From the IMG/VR virus record IMGVR_UViG_3300001279_000031, positions 22,340 to 86,339 of that record: a stretch of 64,000 nucleotides of DNA; one strand, written 5' to 3'. A program made the position numbers and the translations under genes. Positions 35,124 to 43,979 of the stretch are shown here, in pieces. This stretch comes from a virus. Position 1 is the stretch's first letter; each line of letters begins with the position of its first letter. The notes under the pieces are model-generated. The model searched no databases. It worked only from the letters and a program-made list of their open reading frames with translations, and was not told the origin of the DNA.

Positions 35124-35783
35124 TTAATACAGCATTAAATATTGAAAATATCCAAGTGACTTATGCTTAATAGCTTGTTTACAATCACCAAATATTGGTG
35201 AATTTATAACAGTCGCACCATCTTTTATAGCTCCAAGTAACTGTAAATATGTTAAATTAAACTTAAGATCTGTAAAATTCTTATTCCATTCTACAATTTC
35301 TCGTGAAACGTTTCCAAATTCTGCTGGACGTGTTACTTTTATACTATCTATACCAACATAATCACAAAAATACGAATATTTATTATTTCCATTAAAATTT
35401 GCATGAACTGAATATTCTATATAAAGAGTAATACAAACTTTATACTTTTTGCCATCTATGATTTTTTCAATATTTTTTGAAAATTCTGCATGTTTGTCAT
35501 CATTTATGGCAATTCGATCAAATCCCATTTTATAAAATACACCAAAATCTAATAAAAAATTAGTAGTTATAGTTTTTGGTGAATGCCAACGATGATTTAT
35601 AAACAATCGTTGTTTAATCATTTCTTTATTAGAAAGCATAGCTAAATCAAGTGATAGATTTTCATTAAAATCTTTTACTATATTTGCACGTATACCTTCA
35701 ATTGGATAAGGACATTGTTTGTATTTTACTAATTGTCCTTTGTTGATGGAAACCATACACTTATTTTTATCAACAATCCTCAT
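35124..35783 (-). CDS. Hypothetical protein
   Basis: 219-aa ORF. Confidence 0.7.
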   Translation of the reverse strand: MRIVDKNKCMVSINKGQLVKYKQCPYPIEGIRANIVKDFNENLSLDLAMLSNKEMIKQRLFINHRWHSPKTITTNFLLDFGVFYKMGFDRIAINDDKHAEFSKNIEKIIDGKKYKVCITLYIEYSVHANFNGNNKYSYFCDYVGIDSIKVTRPAEFGNVSREIVEWNKNFTDLKFNLTYLQLLGAIKDGATVINSPIFGDCKQAIKHKSLGYFQYLMLY

Positions 35784-35788
35784 AATTT

Positions 35789-36292
35789 TTATATTTTATA
35801 ATTATTCCGTAGAATTATACGAAAAGTAAATTCATTTATTTGTTTAGAAAAGTTACTTTTCATATATGCGATATTAAACGCAGTAGGATAATCGTGGATA
35901 AACAACAAAATATTTTTTATTAACATTTTTGTATCATCATCGTGCTCTTCGTTAATAAATTTTAATATTCTTAAAATATATATCCATTCTTTTGGAATAG
36001 ATTTTGTAAACTCTTCTACGATTACAAGTGATTTTATTTTTTTATATAATTTATCCAACATTGTATCAATCGTATTTCTTTCTGCAGTTGTACGATGTAT
36101 CATTCGAATATGTCCGGATTCATCGATGCTGATGTTTTTTATTTCTCTAGCATCAAAAATCCTTATTGATCCATTTTTACCACGAAATTGTGTATTCGCG
36201 GTATTACTAATTGATTTAGCAGATTCATCAGTAATCGATTCTGCTGGTATTTGTGGATCGTCAATGCAAATTAAAACAAAGGCGCGTTTCAT
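35789..36292 (-). CDS. Hypothetical protein
   Basis: 167-aa ORF. Confidence 0.7.
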   Translation of the reverse strand: MKRAFVLICIDDPQIPAESITDESAKSISNTANTQFRGKNGSIRIFDAREIKNISIDESGHIRMIHRTTAERNTIDTMLDKLYKKIKSLVIVEEFTKSIPKEWIYILRILKFINEEHDDDTKMLIKNILLFIHDYPTAFNIAYMKSNFSKQINEFTFRIILRNNYKI

Positions 36293-36293
36293 A

Positions 36294-36653
36294 TTAATAC
36301 GAATTATTTTTTCTTATTGATAATATACTATCTATATATTTATTTAACTTAGCATCATAATCTACACGTTTATAGAATTTATAATGTGTTTTATAATTAG
36401 CAACAATAAATTGTTTTGTTATTGGTACTTTACTTTTTACCAAAGTATCAATTATAACTGCTAAACAGTTATTACTAATTGTATAATATACAGAATCTGT
36501 TAAAAACTGTGCTTTACTAGCATTTCTATCTAATATTGTAGATGAAATGATTTCTTTAGTTGTCTTTTTATGTTGGCAACTACTAAGATTAAATACCATT
36601 ACAATTGCAAATATAGCAACTGTAAACATTAAGAATTTTCTAAATTTACTCAT
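36294..36653 (-). CDS. Putative lipoprotein
   Basis: Basic N-terminus, hydrophobic core and LSSC lipobox. Confidence 0.65.
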   Translation of the reverse strand: MSKFRKFLMFTVAIFAIVMVFNLSSCQHKKTTKEIISSTILDRNASKAQFLTDSVYYTISNNCLAVIIDTLVKSKVPITKQFIVANYKTHYKFYKRVDYDAKLNKYIDSILSIRKNNSY

Positions 36654-37003
36654 AATTTATTGATTAAATTAATAATTTTATAAAATCTAATAAAAGATAA
36701 GTATGAACTTTACTAATAGCATAACTTCTACATTATTAAACTTATTAATTGTTCATACTTATCAGGATATATATATTAATAATTGAGGACTATTTAAAAG
36801 TATTACTATATTCACATACCATAATACTAAGTAGGTTATACAACTATATTCACCAACTTTAAAACGAATAATTATGTCAAACATTAGTCTGTTAAAAAAC
36901 AGATTGTATTCACACACTATCTATTTATAACTAGTGCCCTTTAAAAACATATATAACAAAATAGTTATTAAAAAACCATTCACGGTTAATTAACTTTTTA
37001 ATT

Positions 37004-37300
37004 TTAATTTATTGCATTATCTTCATTTTCATTTACTAATTCTTTATTGATTAAAAAGTAAATATAATTTATTGCAAATAATAGAATTATTGAAGATATA
37101 AATGCAATTATACTTATCATTAATATCAAATGAACATTTATTTGATTAAAAAAGTCCATTAAACATTTAAGATAAAAGCTACTAAATATTGACGTGATGC
37201 CAACTACTCCTGCACTAATTAATATTAATATAATAATATCTAAGCTTAAGAATAAAGATATTAATAAAATAGTGTCAATAACTTGCGTTGTTATTTTCAT
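37004..37300 (-). CDS. Small membrane protein
   Basis: Two long hydrophobic stretches. Confidence 0.5.
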   Translation of the reverse strand: MKITTQVIDTILLISLFLSLDIIILILISAGVVGITSIFSSFYLKCLMDFFNQINVHLILMISIIAFISSIILLFAINYIYFLINKELVNENEDNAIN

Positions 37301-37363
37301 TATGTAAATTTAATTATTATAAAATATACACAACTAATAATTATACATAGAATCATAAAAGCT

Positions 37364-37648
37364 CTAATCATTTTCACAATACTCAAAATTACTTTTGTTC
37401 CATTCCTTTGTGTCATAATTATATACTATACTTTTATCATTGATGTCTGTATTTTCATCAATGGCAATACAAATAAAACATTTACTTCCAACATTACTAT
37501 TTACTAATTTTAATAGATCAAAACACATACAATTACATTTATTTTTAAATATAGCGCAATCTTCACATTTTGTAAATGTACTATTAATTTTAAGTCTATA
37601 TACTTTATTATTAAGTATAATTCTAGGCAATTTTCTAAATTTACTCAT
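37364..37648 (-). CDS. Small Cys-rich hypothetical protein
   Basis: CEDC...CNCMC...C pattern, possibly metal-binding. Confidence 0.6.
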   Translation of the reverse strand: MSKFRKLPRIILNNKVYRLKINSTFTKCEDCAIFKNKCNCMCFDLLKLVNSNVGSKCFICIAIDENTDINDKSIVYNYDTKEWNKSNFEYCEND

Positions 37649-37652
37649 AATT

Positions 37653-37889
37653 TTATCGATTACGTCTATTAAGTTGTGCAGCTCTAGCTATACAATTATA
37701 ATCAAGTTCTGATGTTTCATCATCGATATCAACTGTTATTGTTTTACCAATTAGTTTATTCGCTTGATATAATTTAAGTAATTGATTATCAATGGAATTA
37801 GTATTACCTTTATCAGTAATTATATGTAATACTTTCATACTACCGATATCTTCACTTGTTACATTTATTATTTTTGCTGATGTTTGCAT
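37653..37889 (-). CDS. Hypothetical protein
   Basis: 78-aa ORF in the operon. Confidence 0.6.
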   Translation of the reverse strand: MQTSAKIINVTSEDIGSMKVLHIITDKGNTNSIDNQLLKLYQANKLIGKTITVDIDDETSELDYNCIARAAQLNRRNR

Positions 37890-37894
37890 AATAT

Positions 37895-38305
37895 TTATAA
37901 TATATCATTATCTACAGTCTTTAAAAACTGTAATTTATATATAACTGTATATTCTGGATAAATCAATGACAAGAATGCATCATTGTTCATACTTACCCAT
38001 TGTATAGTACATAACTCATTATTACTATCTGTGCCTTTTTGTGTATATGTTATACATAACGTATTATGTATAGATGAATAACTTTTTACAGGTACATCGT
38101 AATTAATTGTTATAGGCTCTTTGCAATCAATATGTAGCATATTATTATCTAAATCAACAAGTATAATGATTTTGTTTACTTCCCAATTAGTAAATTGAGA
38201 ATCAACAATTTTATAACATGTTTCTGTAGATTGCCATACATTGACTTGAGATTTTGCACATATACTTATCATACATATACAAAAAAATAATATAACTTTT
38301 TTCAT
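37895..38305 (-). CDS. Secreted hypothetical protein
   Basis: Signal peptide MKKVILFFCICMISICAKS followed by Q, typical of Bacteroidetes. Confidence 0.7.
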   Translation of the reverse strand: MKKVILFFCICMISICAKSQVNVWQSTETCYKIVDSQFTNWEVNKIIILVDLDNNMLHIDCKEPITINYDVPVKSYSSIHNTLCITYTQKGTDSNNELCTIQWVSMNNDAFLSLIYPEYTVIYKLQFLKTVDNDIL

Positions 38306-38307
38306 TT

Positions 38308-39108
38308 TTATAATTTTTTTATGATATCTCCTCCATATGAATCTTTAGTAATTTTAATAAATTCATGGATATTCATATAATCATGCTGAAGATCAATTTC
38401 ATGATCTCTAGCGAATGATTCTCTTCCAGCCTTGCAACTCCCGGTAAGAATATGATGCCAAATAAATAATTCAGATACTGGATATTTCTTGTCAAAGTCG
38501 CTAAAATGCTTCTTAAACTTATCTATCCTTTCTTCCTCCGAGAAATCATCATATAGCTTTTCACGAAGTGATGCAAATGCTTTGTGCAAAGTTAATCCGT
38601 GAGCAAATTTATTATCTTCCTTTACTATAAAGCAAGGAATCAATGTCAGGTCATTTTGTAGTATACATCCTTTGGCTATATTATTTTTTACAGAAGTAAT
38701 TATTGTTGGGAGGTTATCTATTCTATACACTTTATTATTATTTATTGAAACGATTCCATAACTAGAGTAATTATTAACGATATCGCCATTACCATATTCA
38801 TTACCACATCCATTACTATCGCCATTACCATAACCATTACTATAGCCATTACCATATCCATAACCACATCCATAACCATTACTATCGCCATTACCATTAC
38901 CATTACCATCACCTAAACCATCACCATAACCATTACCATAGCTTGAACCTTCTCCTGAACCGCTTCCTTTACCAAATCCATCAGTATATCCGGAGTTATA
39001 ACCATTACCATAACCTGAATCATCATCATCATCATAAATATAGTTAGATTCATCGTTAGAGAAATGACTGTTGTTTGTTTTTATGAATTCATCTATTGTG
39101 CTGTCCAT
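38308..39108 (-). CDS. Gly-rich (GxGxG repeat) phage protein
   Basis: G-Y/N/D-G repeats followed by FAHGxTL and WHHILTGSCKAGR; a pattern recalled from Bacteroides phages. Confidence 0.75.
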   Translation of the reverse strand: MDSTIDEFIKTNNSHFSNDESNYIYDDDDDSGYGNGYNSGYTDGFGKGSGSGEGSSYGNGYGDGLGDGNGNGNGDSNGYGCGYGYGNGYSNGYGNGDSNGCGNEYGNGDIVNNYSSYGIVSINNNKVYRIDNLPTIITSVKNNIAKGCILQNDLTLIPCFIVKEDNKFAHGLTLHKAFASLREKLYDDFSEEERIDKFKKHFSDFDKKYPVSELFIWHHILTGSCKAGRESFARDHEIDLQHDYMNIHEFIKITKDSYGGDIIKKL

Positions 39109-39428
39109 GGTTTAACACTTTCAATCGATTCTATTGCTTTTTCTGTACAAAGAATTGTCTCTATTTCATCCGATATTTCTACAGATGGGACATAAACTGT
39201 AAATTTACAATTATCTTTTTTCGATGTCCCATCAACAGCCAACTGGTTAATGGTTGCAGCACCAGCCCAGTACCATATTTTACGGGCATTGGTTAATCTT
39301 GCATTATGACCATCTTTTGCTTCCAATGTTCCATAATATACGCCAGATCTATCTCCACGTACTATAACTTTCTTTTCTAAAAAATTTGATTTCATAATTT
39401 TAAAATTTATAATAAATATTCTTTCCAA
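39093..39428 (-). CDS. DUF6948-like Sm-fold protein (true start probably MKSNF)
   Basis: IVRGDRSGVYYGTL...ARKIWYWAGA; usually found upstream of the Gly-rich gene. Confidence 0.7.
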   Translation of the reverse strand: MERIFIINFKIMKSNFLEKKVIVRGDRSGVYYGTLEAKDGHNARLTNARKIWYWAGAATINQLAVDGTSKKDNCKFTVYVPSVEISDEIETILCTEKAIESIESVKPWTAQ

Positions 39429-39742
39429 ATTTCAATAAAAGTTTGGCTTCCTAAATAGAGAGCTGTTTCTTTATTAAAAGAGCCAAGCCAAAATCTAATA
39501 GATGAGTTCATAAATATTAAGTCATAAGAAAAGCGAGCTTCAGTACAAGCATTAAGATCTTTTATATTATTCCACCAAGGAAAATATATTCTTTCTTCTC
39601 TTGTATGTCCAATATTCAATGCTTCGCTAATTGTACATAACTTATAATAGGCTTGCACATTTTTTGGCATATTATCCAAATAACGTGGTTCATCTTTACC
39701 TAAAAGAGTGAGAGCCTTTTCATAACTTTTTACTTTTCTCAT
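39407..39742 (-). CDS. Hypothetical protein
   Basis: VKSYEKA...AYYKLCTISEALN...YFPW, a pattern recalled from Bacteroides phages. Confidence 0.7.
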   Translation of the reverse strand: MRKVKSYEKALTLLGKDEPRYLDNMPKNVQAYYKLCTISEALNIGHTREERIYFPWWNNIKDLNACTEARFSYDLIFMNSSIRFWLGSFNKETALYLGSQTFIEIWKEYLL

Positions 39743-39911
39743 TTTTATTTGTAATATATGTAAATATCATACAAATACCTTTTATTATAACGATAATGGA
39801 TATAATTGAATCTATTATAAACCATTTAACATTAAGTATAAATAAAACACCTAATACAAACAACAGTACTCCTATACATAGTATTGTTATTCCATTATTA
39901 AATTTTTTCAT
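39720..39911 (-). CDS. Small two-TM membrane protein
   Basis: Hydrophobic 63-aa ORF overlapping the next gene. Confidence 0.55.
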   Translation of the reverse strand: MKKFNNGITILCIGVLLFVLGVLFILNVKWFIIDSIISIIVIIKGICMIFTYITNKNEKSKKL

Positions 39912-39943
39912 ATCAAAATTATTTATATTTAAAAAGCTATATA

Positions 39944-40144
39944 TTAGAAAGGTTGTTTTGTTATGAATGTACGTTTACAGTGATTACACCGGCAAAGGAA
40001 ATACTCACATTCTTCATCACCTTCAATGCTATGAACAATACTAATATCATCACTTTTACAGTAAGGACAACTTGTTTTTTTACATACTATCAATATTAAA
40101 AAAACAATACACATTACGAAGATTAACAATAATAAATACAACAT
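39944..40144 (-). CDS. Membrane-anchored zinc-ribbon protein
   Basis: TM helix followed by CPYC...CNHC. Confidence 0.65.
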   Translation of the reverse strand: MLYLLLLIFVMCIVFLILIVCKKTSCPYCKSDDISIVHSIEGDEECEYFLCRCNHCKRTFITKQPF

Positions 40145-40205
40145 AATTTTCTATCTTTTTTGTTGATTAATAATTCTATCTCAATTCAAGATTTGTTGTT
40201 TACAG

Positions 40206-40241
40206 TAATGCAGTAAGTATTGTTACATACTCACTGCATTA
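40206..40241 (-). terminator. Hairpin after the early gene 40246-40869
   Basis: taatgcagt...actgcatta with an inner agtat/atact stem. Confidence 0.55.
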
Positions 40242-40245
40242 TTTA

Positions 40246-40869
40246 CTATCGACGTTGATAACCATTTTGCGGTTGTCTCTGTTGTTGTTGTTGAGGTTGT
40301 TGTTGAGGTGCTATATTCTTAGCAGTTTCTTCAGCAATCGTATCTTCTTCTTTAGCAACAGCTGTACTTGCAAACTCACAGGACGAATTGAACAATCCTT
40401 GTGCAAGTATCTCTTTACTATTGCCACGTTCATAGACATACTTGCAAGCATCACTATCGTAGTACTGCTTACAAAATACTTCCAATGCATTATACAATCT
40501 ATGACCTCCATTAAGATCATCGATGTAATCACCTTTATGATGCATGTTACCAGCGCCATCAACCAAGTCTGACATATAACGTCTATAGAACGGTTTGTCA
40601 TAAGTCACGACCTCAAATGTTCCATGCATTATACTCATCTCTTCCGGTAGTGGTTTATCTTCTTCAGCATCGCCACCTTTTTCTTGTGAAATATACTTCT
40701 TGAATGCATTTACTATACCAGCACTAAAGAAGTTTTGTTTCCTCTCATTTTCACTCCAAAAGTTGTCAGCATTCTTCAGAGTGACTTGCAAATATTCATT
40801 ACCAGCGTTTGCATGCGCTGTAGCCGGAATCGTATTGATCTCAGCATCTATTACTTTAAACTTTGCCAT
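40246..40869 (-). CDS. Acidic early protein with Gln-rich tail
   Basis: 207 aa, preceded by the early motif; ends TAG-TAA. Confidence 0.8.
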   Translation of the reverse strand: MAKFKVIDAEINTIPATAHANAGNEYLQVTLKNADNFWSENERKQNFFSAGIVNAFKKYISQEKGGDAEEDKPLPEEMSIMHGTFEVVTYDKPFYRRYMSDLVDGAGNMHHKGDYIDDLNGGHRLYNALEVFCKQYYDSDACKYVYERGNSKEILAQGLFNSSCEFASTAVAKEEDTIAEETAKNIAPQQQPQQQQQRQPQNGYQRR

Positions 40870-41138
40870 TTTTTGTATTATTTTTATTTAATATTATCCT
40901 TTTTTAATAGTGGTTGTTCATTTTTTATTTTATCCAAATTCCATAGACTATATACAATATTCTATCATGTAAAGTCTATCTTGTTTGGATGATTTCTATT
41001 CGTTTTATGATAGTTGTTGTTCATTTTTTATGTTACCAAAATCTATCATCTCTCATGCGATTTCTATCCATTTTCATGTATAAAGTAGTATATACTGTGA
41101 ATACTACATACTAGGACATCGTACAATGCCCCTCACAC

Positions 41139-41229
41139 GCATTCTCGTGCGTTCTAACGAACTTTCTATGCGAAATGGTATAACTATACCAGACGACATG
41201 AGATCGTGCGTTAGAACGCTTTAAAATGC
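41139..41229. repeat. Concentric dyad-symmetric DNA element
   Basis: gcatt/aatgc, gcgttctaacg/cgttagaacgc and tggtata/tatacca are all centred on ~41184. Confidence 0.75.
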
Positions 41230-41256
41230 ATTTATTTAATTAAATAATACAGTCCC

Positions 41257-41589
41257 CTAATCCGGGAACTGCATTACCATACTTGCGGCGATCTTCTCGA
41301 AAAAATCGCAATCAAGATCTTCTAATTCTATGACATCGTACAAATCAATGCCACGACTATCAAGCTCTTCGGCGAACTTGATATACTCTACGACAACCTC
41401 CTCACGGAAGTCTCCATCGTATTCATCAATTTCATCATAATCATTATACCTTCCTAGAGCCCATTTAATTGGGTTCCAGCCTTCGTCTAATATATGGCAT
41501 ACACCATCCATTAGACGATTATCATGACGACTTCTTGTAGCCATCATGGTATAAGCCTCCTCGATAGAAGCTTTTAATACGTTGTTCAT
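41257..41589 (-). CDS. Highly acidic early protein, paralogue 1
   Basis: 110 aa; aligns end to end with 41698-42018. Confidence 0.85.
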   Translation of the reverse strand: MNNVLKASIEEAYTMMATRSRHDNRLMDGVCHILDEGWNPIKWALGRYNDYDEIDEYDGDFREEVVVEYIKFAEELDSRGIDLYDVIELEDLDCDFFEKIAASMVMQFPD

Positions 41590-41697
41590 AATTTTATTTA
41601 TTTAATTGATTAATATTATCATACTCAAATAGTTGTTGTTCATTTTATATTCTATCCATTTTCATGGATAAAGTGGTACTGTGAATAATACAGTCCC

Positions 41698-42018
41698 TTA
41701 ATCTTGGAACTGTATTATTGTACTCGTAGCGATTCCTTTGAAGAAATCACCATCTAATTGCCACTCATCCCTATCACTTAGATCTACTCCTCTAGCTAGG
41801 AGTTCTTGGTAATATTTGATGTACTCCACAATGACTTCCTTCCGGAAATCATCGTCTTCATCATCCTCAATGTCACGGTATCCACCAGCGGCCCATTTAA
41901 TTGGGTCACACTTCTCGTCCATAATGCAGCATACTGCCCACATTAGACGAGAATCATGGCGACTCTTTATGGCTATTGCACCATAAGCATCGCTCAAACA
42001 ATTCGTTAACATACTCAT
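41698..42018 (-). CDS. Highly acidic early protein, paralogue 2
   Basis: 106 aa; shares SRHD.RLM..VC.I.DE...PIKWA.G.Y and FR.EV.VEYIK with paralogue 1. Confidence 0.85.
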   Translation of the reverse strand: MSMLTNCLSDAYGAIAIKSRHDSRLMWAVCCIMDEKCDPIKWAAGGYRDIEDDEDDDFRKEVIVEYIKYYQELLARGVDLSDRDEWQLDGDFFKGIATSTIIQFQD

Positions 42019-42324
42019 AATATCATTTATTTAATTAACATCACACTCAAATAGTTGGTGTTCATTTTATAAGCACCAAACAATGAAGAAGATACCGATT
42101 TTATAGCATGCTTTTTCGTTAGACCAATATGCCTGACAAGCTTTGCCATTTGCCACAAAGGTGACGGGGGTATCTTCTTCGATAAAGTAGAGTGGGTGTT
42201 CATTTTGGGGGTATTCCTTATTGTCTGATATATACACAACATATTTCAGGACATACCGGATATACATAAAAATACCCCAACATAAATTAATATGCCGGGG
42301 TATGAAAGGAGGAGTATCTTTATA

Positions 42325-42939
42325 TTATTTGTTGTTGTATAAGTTACTTAGTTTATCAAACGTAAATACTATTGATAGATTATTATCAACTTGCTTAGTA
42401 GCATGTATATTATTAGTGAATAAGTATGCCTCAATTAGTTTACCAGTACTTAGTGAGTATACTAACTTAAAGCAATTAACTGGTATTAGATTAGTATAGT
42501 CACAACCACCACAACAAATGAGAAGACTGTCTGTCTACGATAACTAACGTAACTAAGATTCATTTGCTTTCCATATACCACGATTTAGATTTGGGGTTTG
42601 TGGCACGGCATTATAATAGCGAAAGGTTAGTTCTTCGGTTGTACGATTTCTAGCAAAGTCTTCAGCATTACACATGTGACCGATATCATAGCCACTACCA
42701 GTATAATTAAAATGAGGTAATGATGATTTAAAGGTTAGACCTGTACGACTAGATTTACCACCACCATGCCATAGTTTATAGATAACAAAAGATGGGGCTT
42801 CGATTTGATACGAGTAGTATGAAGTGTATATAGGATTCTTTATGATTGTATCTACTTTACTTATAATTTGACTAAAACAGTTGCTAACACTGAATAATAG
42901 TGCTATCATTAATATCTTTACTTTTTTAAATAATTTCAT
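42325..42939 (-). CDS. Secreted DNA/RNA non-specific endonuclease, NucA/EndA-like (three internal TAG, 204 aa)
   Basis: Signal peptide, YDIGHM and NAVPQTPNLNRGIWKANE. Reading TAG at 42553, 42544 and 42535 as Gln restores the IP..FK.V...AYLFTN C-terminus up to TAA 42325. Confidence 0.85.
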
Positions 42940-43145
42940 TAGTGTCTATATTTTTTTCGTGTAAAACTTAATTGTATGTACAATCGATTAATCATTATCC
43001 TAATAACATTATAACTATTACTAACTATATGATAAATACCAGTATGCCAACAATGTGTTAGTGACTTATTGTGTTTCAACTTGTATTTACTAATTGCTTT
43101 TATACATAACGTATCATTGCCATGCTTATCAAAGTTTATTATCAT
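42939..43145 (-). CDS. Small basic hypothetical protein
   Basis: ATG 43145 lies ~25 nt downstream of the leftward ECF-type promoter; its stop overlaps the nuclease ATG. Confidence 0.5.
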   Translation of the reverse strand: MIINFDKHGNDTLCIKAISKYKLKHNKSLTHCWHTGIYHIVSNSYNVIRIMINRLYIQLSFTRKKYRH

Positions 43146-43169
43146 TTTGTGTTGGTGGTTTACAAATAC

Positions 43170-43195
43170 TAACGTAAGATAGATCAAAAAGTTGC
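43170..43195 (-). promoter_or_regulatory. ECF-type promoter GCAAC-N16-CGTTA (leftward)
   Basis: - strand reads GCAAC tttttgatctatctta CGTTA. Confidence 0.7.
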
Positions 43196-43394
43196 TTTTA
43201 AGGGCTTCTTTCTCATATACTCTTTCTTCGTATATATACTATTGTCATAGTATATATACTCATACAGAGTATTATAGAGATTAATAAATACAGTAAGACA
43301 GAGAGATTAATCAACAGAAGAGACAACAATAAAGAAAGAAATATATAAAGAAAGAAAACATAATAGAGAAGATAAGGTTATAGAGAGAGTAATT

Positions 43395-43420
43395 GCAACC
43401 TTTACTTGTTCTATACGTTA
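43395..43420 (+). promoter_or_regulatory. ECF-type promoter GCAAC-N16-CGTTA (rightward)
   Basis: GCAAC ctttacttgttctata CGTTA, ~24 nt before ATG 43444. Confidence 0.7.
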
Positions 43421-43443
43421 CTTATTCAAGTAACATACTACAT

Positions 43444-43962
43444 ATGAATAAATACATAACTCCATTAATTGATTATATACGATATAAAGTATAGAACTGT
43501 GATTTGAAATATATTAATTATATATTATACTATAGCGATTTCAAATCAATACAGTCTTATTGTCGTTCAATGACAAAATCAAGTTATCACTTTATACAAA
43601 ACATGCCTTACTGTAGCGCTATATTAGCGTCAATGAAACCAATAGAAACATATCATTTAAACCATTGTGATATGGATGCTTTATCGCAGGCTTCTAAGAA
43701 AACAATAGATGATGTAATCGAAGAACTGCACATGATCAAATCAAAGACTGGTGAAAAAGGATTAGATGATTTCGTAAGGAATATTTGTAATATTGGTGGC
43801 AGACCAACAGTCGATGGTCGAGATATGCTGATATACTTATCCCAACAGTGGGATAGAAAAGAACGCAGAGATGCATTAAAGTACTATCATGATACTGATG
43901 AACTAGAAAAACTACTTATGGATGATGGAGATTAGAAAATAGAATGTACTAAATATATATAA
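43444..43962 (+). CDS. Hypothetical protein (TAG=Gln, 172 aa)
   Basis: ATG 43444 is in frame with ORF 43504 across TAG 43492; a second TAG at 43933 precedes TAA 43960. Confidence 0.65.
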
Positions 43963-43979
43963 TTTTTAATATTAAAAAT

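Larger units (their letters stand above)
40908..42206 (-). promoter_or_regulatory. Five copies of motif AAAATGAACAMCMACT (candidate early/vRNAP promoters)
   Basis: Copies at 40908-40924, 41011-41027, 41630-41646, 42052-42068 and 42190-42206, all in one orientation; three lie just upstream of start codons. Confidence 0.7.

Noticed and set aside
38780-39030. Tandem accatt/accata repeats as a CRISPR or satellite array
   Set aside because: They are codon repeats of a Gly-rich protein, with no repeat-spacer structure. No CRISPR array was seen in the window.
42027-42499. Short overlapping ORFs 42027-42242, 42067-42267 and 42221-42499
   Set aside because: They have non-ATG starts and overlap promoter motifs or the antisense of the extended nuclease gene, so they are probably spurious.
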